Below are positions 52,915 to 64,000 of a DNA stretch of 64,000 nucleotides, one piece after another. Source of the stretch: Heterodontus francisci (Eukaryota); assembly GCF_036365525.1 (NCBI RefSeq), contig NC_090401.1:27101284-27165283 (forward strand), written 5' to 3'. The notes under the pieces were generated by a model. That model saw only the letters and a list, made by a program, of their open reading frames with translations, did no database searches and was not told the DNA's origin. The position numbers and the translations under genes were made by a program. Numbering within the stretch: the stretch's first letter is position 1; each line of letters starts with the position of its first letter.

Positions 52915-53390
52915 GGAGTTTCACCAGGATGTTGCCTGGGCTGGAGCATTTCAGTTATGAAGACAGACTGGATAGGCTGGGGTTTTTTTCCTTGGAGCAG
53001 AGAAGGCTGAGGGGGGACCTGATTGAGGTATCAAAAATTATGAGGAGCATTGATAGGATAGATGGGAAGAAACTTTTTTGCTTAGTGGAGAGGTCACTAA
53101 CTAGGGGGCATAGATTTAAGGTAAGGGGCAGAAGGTTTAGAGTGGAATTGAGAAATTCTTTCACCCAGAAGGTGGTTGGAATCTGGATCACACTGCCTGA
53201 AGAGGTGGTAGAGGCAGGGACACGCACGACATTCAACAAGTATTTAGATGAGCACTTGAAACGCCATAACATACAAGGCTGTGGGCCAAGTGTGGGGAAA
53301 TGGGATTAGTTAGGACGGGTGCTTGATGGTCGGGGTTGACGCATTGGGCCAAAGGGCCTGTTACTGTGCTGTAAAACTCTATGACTCTAT
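52915..53390 (+). mobile_element. CR1 3' fragment
   Basis: [36 protein letters not shown]; tail ctctatgactctatg. Confidence 0.92.
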
Positions 53391-53481
53391 GGGAGGCTAA
53401 AATATCATAAGTTTTAAAAATAATCAAAATATGTGGAATCTTGTATCCGAAGGGAGAAATTTCACATTTAACAAAAATAAA

Positions 53482-54280
53482 TGGCTGCAATTTATGGCGG
53501 GGCGCACAGGTGGGATTTGCTTCGTGGAGCTGCAGCGATATATGCGGCAGCTCATCTACATGGCCAGGGGGGCTGCACCCCCCCCCACCCCAGATGACAA
53601 GGAGGGGGCGGGCAATCCGTCCCCAGCAACAGCATCCGGCGCCACTGCGCAGGCGCCATTTTTAAAGGGCTTACTGCCCTTACTGACAGTTTAAATTTTT
53701 AAAGAAACAGTGAATTTTAAAGTATTAAAAATAATTAGAAAAATGTTTCCAGCCGCTCTCCCACCCCCCAGTAGCCTTGCATATCATTCCTGCCCTCTCC
53801 TCCACCAAAATACTTACTTTGAGTACCTGCCCTTTCCCCTCCCCAAAGTTCAGAAACTTTTACCTTTACCCCTTCCCAACACCCCCTCGACCAATCAGGT
53901 AAGTTTTTTTTCCTCTTCCCCTCCCCCACCCCCACCGACCCCACACTGAAATACTTGCTTCCTCCGCCCTCCTGACCAGTGTCCCACATCAGATCTCCGG
54001 TCGGAGATCTGACGGCATGGGAGTGCCCGCCACCCACTGTAATGGGGACGGCTGACGGGATGAGGTGAGTAATTATTCTTTCATTTATATCTCTTAGCAT
54101 ACTTAACTGGATGTCCCTTTGCCGAGCAGCGGTGGGGCCACCAGGAGGCCCCGCCGCCACTGCCGGTAATATGGGGCTTGGCTTTCCTGGCGTCAAGGCC
54201 CATGGCGGGCCTCTCCCGGAGGCATTTTCCGGGACTCCTCGCCACAACCCCCGATGCCAGGGATCTGTTAAATTCAGCCC
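53482..54280. mobile_element. GC-rich Harbinger-type MITE nested in an older AT-rich element (~52760-54635)
   Basis: Termini tggctgcaattta and ttaaattcagccc; sharp GC contrast with the flanks. Confidence 0.65.
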
Positions 54281-56483
54281 AAAATTACTCTTTCAGGGCC
54301 AGTAAAGCTGTTTGGCAGTAATTATGAACTTAGTACACAGTTAAAACAAAGATATACCTCATCCAACAAGGTGTTACTTTTTTAAGGGATTTACAGCAAA
54401 ACTGAAGCATAAATGGGCAAGTTCTCATCAGTTCAATGATTTCTAATTGATTGTAGTCGTGGGGAATCTCAACAGCGCGTTCTCTGGAGAAGTATACAAT
54501 CACTGACAGCAGCTTCTAGATTTCCGTGTTTAATTGCGCCTGTGTATACTCCAGAAGTTGCTGTCAGTTTCAGAGAAATAATGACAGGGAACGCTAACTA
54601 CTTTGCCAACATTAGTACTGTAAAATACAGGCCTATCTGTTTCAAACCATAATTGCTGCCCAGCAAATGTAAGTATGTTCCAGCTACATGTGGACCTTAG
54701 GTGAGGACAGGATATAGAATGGCTGTAATGCATTCCAAGGTGTCTAATAATGAGTTGAAAGTCATCAGCCTCAATATTAAACCCCCATGCTCGATAAGGG
54801 AGGGTAAAAAAGTTAAGTGGGCCATCCCCCAGGGTGTCCTCTTGCCATTGGTGTTCAGTTTCCCCTCTCCCATACTCTCTTGCCTTGTTGGCTAAGCTAT
54901 TTAACTGGTTATCACTTGGGAAACAACGCTAAAAATGTTAATTAGATCCTGCCATTAGGATTGCCAGGACGTCCTCATCCCTGGCCTAATCAGGTTCTTC
55001 CACTGTTTTTGTTCTCATCTGTTCCTTCTCTGTAAATATCAGGGCCATTGTCTTTCTCTAATAGAGAACAGTAAAGATGTGTATGATGAAAGAGAAAAGT
55101 GCATCAGTCAGTTACGACCACATAACGCCAAATATTGGTTTTAAAGGTGTTTAGATTGTTTGAGGAAGGTGTTATGACCATAAAAACAAGAAACGCTGGA
55201 AATATTTAGCAGGTCTGGCATCATCTGTGGAGGGAGAAGCGGAGTTAATGTTTCAGGTCAGTGACCCTTGATGAGAACTGGCAGATGTAAGAAATGTAAA
55301 AGATTTTAAGCAAGTAAAGCGGGGGTGGGGCAAGAGATAACAAAAGAGAAGGCGTTGATAGGACAAGGTCACAGAATAGCTGACCAGAAGATCATGGAGC
55401 AAAGGCAAACAATATGTTAATGGTGTGCTGAAAGACAAAGCATTAGTACAGATAGGTTGTTAATGGACTGAAAACTGAACAGCAGCAAGCACAAACATGA
55501 AAAAAACAGCGGGTAGCCACAGTAAAAACAAAATTAACAAACTCAAATAAAATAAACACAAAAAAGAAAAAAAGTAACTAAAAATAAAAGTAAACAGGGG
55601 GGCCCGTTATGCTCTGAAATTATTGAACTCCATGTTCAGTCCGGCAGGCTGTAGCATGCCTAATCGGAAAATGAGATGCTGTTCCTTGAGCTTGCGTTGA
55701 TGTTCTCTGCAACACTGCAGCAATCCCAGGAGAGATGTGAACATGAGAGCAGGGTGGGGGGTGTTGTTGAAATGGCCAGCAACCGGGAAGCTCATGGTCA
55801 TGCTTTCGGACTGAGCAGAGGTGTTCCGCAAAGTGGTCACCCAGTCTGCATTTGGTCTCCCCAATGTAGAGGAGACCACATTGTGAGCAGTGAATACAGT
55901 ATACTACGTTAAAAGAAGTACAAGTAAATCACTGCTTCACCTGAAAGGAGTGTTTGGGGCCTAGGATAGGCCTCTGCCAGTCCCCATCCACCGCCACCTT
56001 CTTCTGCATGGCTGAACTTGTTCTTACATTGAACAACTTCTCCTTCAATTCCACTCACTTCCTTCAAGTAGAAAGTGTTGTTATGGGTACCCGCAAGGAC
56101 CCTAGTTATCCCTGTCTTTTTGTGGGATATGTCGAACATTCCTTGTTCCAGTCCTGCTCAGGGCCCCTCCCCCAACTCTTTTTCCAGTACATTGATGACT
56201 GTATCGGTACTGTTTCCTGCTCCCGCCCTGAACTGGAAAACTTTATCAACTTTGCTTCTAATTTCCACCCTTCTTTCACCTTTACATGGTCCATGTCCGA
56301 CACTTCCCTCCCCTTCCTTGACTTCTCTGTCTCCATCTCTGGGGATAGGCTGTCCATTAATATTAATTATAAGCTCACCGACTCCCACAGCTACTTCAAC
56401 TACACTTTTTCACACCCTGCCTCCTGTAAGGACTCCATTCCATTATCCCAGTTTCTCCATCTCCGACACATCTGCTCTGATGA

Positions 56484-56790
56484 TTTTTTTTTGGAGATAC
56501 AGCACTGAAACAGGCCCTTTGGCCCACTGAGTCTGTGCCGACCAACAACCACCCATTTATACTCACCCTACAGTAATTCCATATTCCCTACCACCTGCCT
56601 ACACTCGGGGCGATTTGCAATGGCCAATTTACCTATCACCTGCAAGTCTTTGGCTGTGGGAGGAAACCGGAGCACCCGGCGAAAACCCACACGGTCACAG
56701 GGAGAACTTGCAAATTCCACACAGGCAGTACCCAGAATCGAACCCGGGTCCCTGGAGCTGTGAGGCTGCGGTGCTAACCACTGTGCCACC
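56484..56790 (-). mobile_element. HE1-type V-SINE inserted in the PLE RT region
   Basis: Reverse complement of the 28690-29043 SINE; the PLE reading frame stops at RHICSDD and resumes after 56790. Confidence 0.9.
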
Positions 56791-57869
56791 CCATGTGCTA
56801 CCTTGCATGACAGCGCTTCTGATATGTCTTCCTTTTTCCTCAACTGAGGAATCCCCCCCACTGTGGTTGACAGGCCCTCAACCATGTCCGGCCCATTTCC
56901 CGCACCTCTACTCTCACACCTTCCCCTCCCTCCCAGAACTGCGACAGGGTTCCCGTTCTTACTTTCCACGCCATCAGCCTCCATATCCAAAAGATCATCC
57001 TCCACCATTTCCGCCAGCTCCAGCATGATGCCACTACCAAAGGCATCTTCCCCTCCCTTCCCCTGTCAGAATTCTGAAGGGATTGTTCCCTCCGCGAAGC
57101 CCTGGCCCACTTCTCAATTACCCCCACTACCTCGTCCCCTTCCCACGGCACCTTCCCCTGCAATCGCAGGAGGTGTAATACCTGCCCATTTACCTACTTC
57201 TTTCAATGTGATATATTGTATTTGCTGCATACAATGTGGTCTCCTCTACATTGGGGAGACCAAATGTAGACTGAGTGACCACTTTGCGGAACACCTCCGC
57301 TCAGTCTGAAAGCATGACCCTGAGCTTCCAGTTGCTGGCCATTTCAACACTCCCCCCTCCTCCCCCACCACCCCCCCCCCCCCACCCCCCTAACCCCAGT
57401 GCTCTCATGCTCACATCTCTATCCTGGGATTGCTGCAGTGTTCCAGTGAACATCAACGCAAACTCGAGGAACAGCATCTCCTTTACCGATTAGGCACACT
57501 GAGGCCTGCCGGACTGAACATTGAGTTCAATAATTTCAGACCATGATGGGCCCCCCATTTTGCTTTTATTTTCAGTTATTTTTTTTCTTCTTTTTTGTAC
57601 TTTTAGTTTGTTCATTTTGTTTCTACTTTGCCTGCCCACTGTTTTTTTCATGTTTGTGCTTGTGGCTGTTCAGTTTTTTCAGTCCATTAACACCCTATCT
57701 GTACTAATGCTTTGTCTTTCAGCCTCCCATTCACATATTGTTTGCCTTTGCTCCATGACCTTCTGGTCAGCTATTCTGTGACCTTGTCCTATCAACACCT
57801 TCTCTTTTGTTATCTCTTGCACCCCCCAGCTTTACTTGCTTAAAATCTTTTACATTTCTAATATTTGTC

Positions 57870-57906
57870 AGTTCTGAAGAAGGGTCACTGACCTGAAACG
57901 TTAGCA
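57870..57906 (+). ncRNA. Minimal hammerhead ribozyme motif in the PLE 3' region (degenerate mirror copy at 55243-55279, - strand)
   Basis: agtt CUGAAGA a [gggtc-act-gacct] GAAA cgUU agca: catalytic core and palindromic ACGU intact; stem I weakened. Confidence 0.75.
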
Positions 57907-58003
57907 TTGCTTCTCTCTCCACAGATGCTGCCAGACCTGCTGAGTATTTCCAGCAATTTTATTTCAAATTTCCAGCATCCACAGTATTTTGCTTTTATTT
58001 TAG

Positions 58004-58922
58004 TGTTATGACCATGTTGTGACATGGATGTTTCCCCCATTCAAATCCTTGCCTGACAACAGCATGTGTATTTGCATTAGAGTTTAGCCCCGTGGGGTGT
58101 TTTATTTTTCAAATCAGCAGTGACAGGTTGTCTTGTCGGTTTTATAAAAACAGTAAGTAAATTGATTATTGATCAATCGCCTTATCCCGAAGTTATCGCA
58201 ACTACATTCGCTCGCGTGCATGCACGCACACACACACCCACACGCACGCACAAAAGAATAAACAGGTAGAGAAGGGAAAGAGGAAAGTGGTTTTTAGTGG
58301 GGGGAATTCTGTTGAATTCTCTTGAGAATCAAGTTCTAGATGGATGCAGGCCTGCAATGATTGTAGATTTCTCTCTTGATTGAAGGTTCTGTTGAAGATA
58401 GTGGGTTACTTCTAGCTCTCACTGCTGTATAATGTCATTGTCAGATTTTTTCAGCAGGGTATTGTGCTTCCTGGCTTGGCTGGAACTCAAGCTGTTAGAA
58501 GTAGCTTCACCTTCTGGGTCAGTCTCTCCCTCTCTCCCTCTATCTCTCTCCCTGTGTGTCTTTTTTATGGTCAAGTGGTGTCACTTCTCACTTCCTGTTA
58601 GGTGACATTGTCATCTCTTTCCCATGGTGATTGCACAATGGCCCAGGATGTGACTACTTCATACCTTCTTTGTTTCAGAAGAAAACATTCAATCTGGAAT
58701 GTTTTTAGGATAGGTGTAAGATGGGTTCCATTAATATCTTTTGATTTTGAAGATTTGTCCTTTGTCTTTGTCAGACCTTTTGAATACACAAAAGGCCTAT
58801 CCTTTTTTCTTTGGCAGCCATTTTGGACCATTTTTCACTTTTTAAAATAAAGCTTCATTTTTTTACGGACAGAGTATGTTTTTCATAACTCTTCAGAGTT
58901 AGTCCATGACTATTGTATAACA
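58004..58922 (-). mobile_element. Probable solo LTR whose terminus was the PLE target site
   Basis: TGTTAT...ATAACA inverted termini, about 0.9 kb; TSD not resolved because a CR1 abuts the right end. Confidence 0.6.
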
Positions 58923-60030
58923 GAAACGTAGGAACATCGGAGCAGGAGTAAGCCAGTCAGCCATTGAGCTTGCTCTGCCATGCAATACGATCATGGCTGA
59001 TCATCCACTTCAATGCCTTTTTCCCACACTATCCACATGTCCCTTAATGTCATTGGTATTTAGAAATCTGTCAATCTCTGCTTTAAACATACTCAATGAC
59101 TGAGCTTCCAAAGCCCTCTGGGGTAGAGAATTCCAAAGATTCACAACCCTCTGAGTAAAGAAATTTCTCCTCACCTCTGTCCCAAGTGGTTTCCCCCTTA
59201 TTTTAAAATTGCGTCCACTTGTTCTAGACTCCCCAACCAGGTGAACCATCTTAGCTGCACCTACCCTGTCTATCCCTTTAAGTATTTTGTAGGTTTCAAT
59301 GAGATTACCTCTCATTCTTCGAAACTCTAGAGAATACAGGCCCAGTTTCCCTAATCTCTCTTCATAGGACAGTCCCAACATCCCGGGAACAAGTCTGGTG
59401 CACCTTTGTTGCACTCCCTCTATGGCAATAATATCCATCCTAAGATAAGGGGAACAAAACTGCCCACAGTACTCCAGGTGTGATCTAACCAAGGTCCTAT
59501 ACAATTGAAGCAAGACTTCACTACTCCTGTACTCAAATCCTCTTGCAATAAAGACTAACATACTATTAGCCTTCCTAATTGCTTACAAACCTGCATGTTT
59601 GCTTTCAGTGGCTTATTGACAAGAACACCCAGGTCACTTTGTACATCTATATTTTCTAATGTCGACATTTAAGAGATACTCTGCACATCTATTCCTCCTA
59701 CCAAAGTGGATAACCTCACATTTTTCCACATTAAATTCTATTTTCCGTGTTCTTTCCCACTCACTTAGCTTGTCCAGATTCCCTTGAAGTCGCTTTGCAT
59801 CTTCCTCACAACACACATTCCCACCTAGTTTTGTGTCATCCGTGACCTTGGAAATATTACATTCGGTCCCCGCATCTAAATTATTGATGTATATTGTGAA
59901 CAGCCTGGGCCCAAGTACTGATTCTTGTGGCACCCCACTAGTCACAGCCTGCCAATACGAGAATGATCTGTGTATTCCTCCTCTCTGTTTTCTGTCAGTT
60001 AACCAATCCTTAATCCATGCCAGAATATGG
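58922..60030 (-). mobile_element. 5'-truncated CR1 LINE
   Basis: GVPQESVLGPRLFTIYIN, VTDDTKLGG, LLQLYRTLVRSHLEYC, NFFTQRVVNLWNSLP. Confidence 0.92.
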
Positions 60031-60198
60031 CCTTCTGAAAATCCAAGTATACTATGCCCACTGACTCCCCTTCCGGTGTGCGTGACAAAGGGAAAACCAA
60101 GAAAGGCTTGGAATTGCACAATTTTGAGGTCAGGGGAAAGAATGAATTAACGTAGCTACTGTTGAGAGAAATCTTGACTTAACAGAGAGAGGGGAAAG

Positions 60199-62680
60199 TG
60201 GGGACCAAATTGGATAGCCCCTGAGACGGACGCACAACGTGCGATTAACCCATGCCCATTGATTGAAATGTTGGCAACACGCCAACTTCACGCTGCTTGC
60301 TTATTCTCATGATTTTTGTGTGTAACCATTGCTAAGGTTATTGTTCATTGGCTGCACACATCAGCAGGAGGCCAAAATCTTAACTTTCCAGCATCACTTG
60401 AAGCGGGGTGCATTCTGGTTGGAGCAGGTGCTATGAATTGTGCAGGAAGAGAATCTGTCCTGGGAAACTTTGAATAATGGCACAGTGTGGGAGGGACTAC
60501 TCTCCAAGGTTTTGAGATGCTGCACTGGAGATCTTGAATGGAGGAAGTGGATACTAGGAGAGATGTTCTGTATTTATGGGGGAAGGAGGCCCTCCAGACA
60601 CATTGTCAAAAGGCATGGAAACAGAGAGCCGTGGAGGTCAATGACAAGAGTCAAGTCCCAAGGACCTGAATGCAGTGTCGCAAGAATTTCAAGAACCCGA
60701 GTGGTCAAGGTCAGTGAATACATTCTATCATATCCCACCAACTACAGCACTAGCTTCAGACACTGCTCAAATCACCACATCGTTGACCTACACATAATCT
60801 CTATCAATCAGGAATTCTACCTGACATTAAGATGATTCACCTTATTATCATGCACTGAGCACTGCTGCAAGCCTGACACCCCATCTCACAGCATGCACAC
60901 ACTGCCACCTATTCAACCATGACAGCCACGTCAGCCAGATTTCACGACATTCACTGATATGTATGTGTCTCTCTCTCGCAGGACAAGGTGGCGCACAACT
61001 AAAGGTAGCAGGAGCTACCAGGTGTACCTGAATATCCAAATGGAGTCCACCCTTTATAGCATGGAACAGGTGGCCAACTCCATTCACCAATTGTGAACCC
61101 AGGCATGATGCAGCATCTGATCGATGTCACAACTTTCATTGTGGCAGAAGCAAAAGCCCATCAATGTTTGAAGGCACAGTGAAGCTCATACTGCTATCAT
61201 GCAAGGTCAGCTCATACTGCTGCTATCATGGCTGCATATACCAATGTTCAAAGGGGCTTGCAGGGCATCACAACAGTTCAGCAATCTTTCTTCCAACAGA
61301 TTACTAAGATTGCTGAGGTGCTGGCTCGGGGTAATGCCAGTGGCTCCATGGAGCACGAACCTGCTATCCTCTCTCAGTATGTCACACCATTCATCCTCCC
61401 ACGCTTGCCACTCTGCCAGTGTCCTTGCTGTTGCCTGTTAACCAGCCAGACCAGACTGCTGCCACCCATGCCGAGATGGTGCAGTCTGCAGCCTGACCTT
61501 CTAGGCTCAAAGCTGCTCCAGATTGTCCACCAAGGCAATCTTCCACTGAAAGTCAGCAGCCTTCCACCAGCCATGCTACAGTCACTGGGTAGCACTGTGT
61601 TGGAGCACAAGGACAGGCAAAGGCACAGGCAAGACGGGCATGATGGGAATGCACAGGGGTGATTAATTTATGTTCCTATGAAATATAGCATGATTTCATT
61701 TGTAAATTTGTTTCGGAATCTTTATTTAGTGATGATGTTATTTATGTATTATGGTCAAGTGACCACTGTGATCATCAGTACCACAGGGACGGTAAGATTT
61801 GGGACTGTGATGAATGGGAAATTAAGGTTGCAGTTACTGGTATCACACTTGACTTGGGCAGAAAGGGGCTGTCTAGGTTCCGTCCTCGTTGTCCTCATCA
61901 TCCTCCTGCTGCTCAGCTGCTCACCATATATCTGTTGGCAAGGGGTTTTCCTTCATGATGGTGAAGTTGTGGAACATAGAATAAACCACCACAAATTTCT
62001 ACTTCCACTCAGCCGAGCACTGCAGGGTTCAGGCAGCGGAAGCATTGCTGCAGCATGTCAATGGTCTGTGCTGTCACATTTGATGGTGGCAGCATGGCTT
62101 TCAATGTATGCATACTGCGTATGAGTGCATGGATTGTCACAGAAGTTATGAGCCATGTCATCAGTGGATAGTCCTTATTTCTCAATAAGCACCCTTTGGT
62201 TTGCCGTGATGGCTCAAATGTCACTGGCACAGCAGAGTACCACAGAAAGAAGGTATGATGATTGCTGTCAGGACACCAGGCATTGACTTGCATGATTCAA
62301 TGGTCATGCACTCGCAATTCAAAGTTGAGAAGGCATCGACTGGAGCATTGAGCTCCAAAGTGGCACTGCTAGCATCAAATCAGCATTGCACACCAATTGA
62401 TGTCATGGTCTGCCTGCTCTGCATACTTCCAATAATGTTGACTGTGCACGTGCTAATGCCGCCTTCAATGTGGCATCCGGCATGGCTTGTGGCAAAAGTG
62501 CACATGCATTACCATTTTGTTTCCCAAATGGCACCAGTAACACCAGAAAACTAGATCTTATCGTGCCCATTGGGTCCAGAAAATATAGAGAACATGTAGA
62601 CTCACATGAAGAATTACTGCTTGAGTGAGACACTGGAGGGTATCTGCCACCTATTATGCACGAGGGATGAAAACTGGCAG
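60199..62680. mobile_element. Third, heavily decayed Harbinger (Myb/SANT + at ~60477-60710; transposase - at ~61900-62600)
   Basis: Myb remnant SPRF.DAALEIL...GGRRPSRH...MQCRKNFKN with AAG|GTCAGT donor; transposase remnant MQVNAWCPDSNHHTFFL...GCLLRNKDYPLMTWLIT. Boundaries approximate. Confidence 0.7.
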
Positions 62681-63354
62681 CAAAAGGTTATTTTTTCCTT
62701 TGAATTGAAGCAGTTTTATCACCTGAGACATTCTCAACAATGAAATAGACAGCCATGAGCTGCAACAAATGCTGATTCAGTTGTAGCATTTGGAAGAGAA
62801 ATGGACAGCTTCCCTGATTTAGCGCAAAATAAAGTAATACAGGATTAGTATCGCCGCAGGAGGGAGATAGAAATAATTACTGCATCTCAAAGAGGATTTA
62901 AATGACAGAGTGAGCTTGATGCAATGAATGCCCTTTTTATTCTTTGCTTCTGTTCTTAAATAATGCATTTTGAACTAATTAGAGGCTTCTGTTCTGGATG
63001 TGTTGGTCTTAGAAATAGTGAAATCCATCAAAATACAATTTGCATAAAAGAATATTATTGGTAAACATTTGTATTTTACTGCAAGCTTATTGCTCTCAAG
63101 GTAACTCCTAGTCTAATAATTGCTGTTGTTCTGCCCCGACAGATAACCAGACAGCATTGTAATATGCAGTCTAGTTTATGTTACAGTGATAAAGTCTAGT
63201 TCTTCAATGTTTCAGTTAAAATTATTTTGCTTTATGTGAGAAATATTTCTTTTATGCCAAAGTTAGAGTTTGTTGAACTGTCCATGTAAAGTAATATTCA
63301 ATTTGTTATGCTGAGTGAATTTCAAATATTTGTAAAGGAATTTAGTTTGTCAGG

Positions 63355-64000
63355 AAACTCCTGCCCTTTTACTTCCTCACTCCTCACTGTCCAAGGCCCC
63401 AAACACTCCTTCCAAGTGAAACAGCAATTTGCTTGTGTTACTTACAATTTAATGTACTGTATTCTCTGTTTGCAATGCAGTCTGCTCCACACTGGGGAAA
63501 CCAAATGCAGATGAGATGACCGCTTTGTAGAACACCTTTGTTCAGTCCGCAAGTGTGCGCCCGATCTCCTGGTCCCCTGTCATTTTAATTCCCCACCTTG
63601 CTCCCACACTGACCTCACTGTCCTCGGCCTCCTGCAGAATTCCAATGAAGCTCAAAGCAAGCTTGAGGAACAGCTGTTCATCTTTTAATTAGGCACTTTA
63701 CAGCCTTCTGACCTCAAAATTGAGTTCAGCAATTTCAGATCGTAATCTCTGACTCCATTTTGTTTCCTTTTTCTTGGCAGGTTTTGGCTTTACTCTCTTG
63801 TTTTTCTCTTTCTTTGCTTTCAGGCAGCAGCTATTCATTCTTCTGCCATACACTTTTGTTTCTTTTCTTGCCCTATTACCACTCCCTTGACTTTATACCT
63901 CCATTCCTTTTGACATTTAATCTCTCCCATCTTCCACCCGATTACAGACCTTCCCTTTTATTCTTTTCCCACCCTCCCGCTTTCACTTGCTGAAAACTTA
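63355..64000 (+). mobile_element. Penelope-like GIY-YIG/3' UTR fragment running off the window
   Basis: VQGPKHSFQVKQQFACVTYNLMYCILCLQCSLLHTGETKCR; KLEEQLFIF...LKIEFSNFR. Confidence 0.85.

Larger units (their letters stand above)
55182..58002 (+). mobile_element. Penelope-like element (RT C-terminus plus GIY-YIG) with an inverted 5' copy of its 3' end
   Basis: MGTRKDPSYPCLFVG, FFQYIDDCIG, LPFLD (55954..56508); NVIYCICCIQCGLLYIGETKCRLSDHFAEH (to 57309); 55182-55969 is the reverse complement of ~57200-57960; 13-bp TSD gtgttatgaccat (55169-55181 and 58003-58015). Confidence 0.92.

Overview
Eukaryotic, repeat-dominated DNA from a cartilaginous fish (shark-type HE1/V-SINEs, DeuSINEs and CR1 families). 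The only host coding sequence I can support is one 113-nt + strand exon (20552-20664) encoding the end of the first CUB domain of a CSMD-family gene, most like CSMD2, so the window is essentially two giant introns. These introns hold many CR1/L2 LINEs (one full-length CR1 at 39961-44400), three decayed two-gene Harbinger transposons (transposase plus Myb/SANT) and Harbinger-type MITEs, solo LTRs, a Helitron helicase remnant, and Penelope-like elements (PLEs). Most notable: (i) minimal hammerhead ribozyme motifs in PLE tails, including 100-145 bp insertions that start at the ribozyme; (ii) a 221-bp near-perfect palindrome that looks like a snap-back event during retrotransposition; (iii) an unclassified GC-rich element with inverted termini, a CTCF motif in a terminal hairpin and a 14-bp target duplication, inside a four-level nest; (iv) a 2.36-kb LTR-like element. 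Family names come from motif recognition, not database searches. Boundaries of old repeats are approximate.
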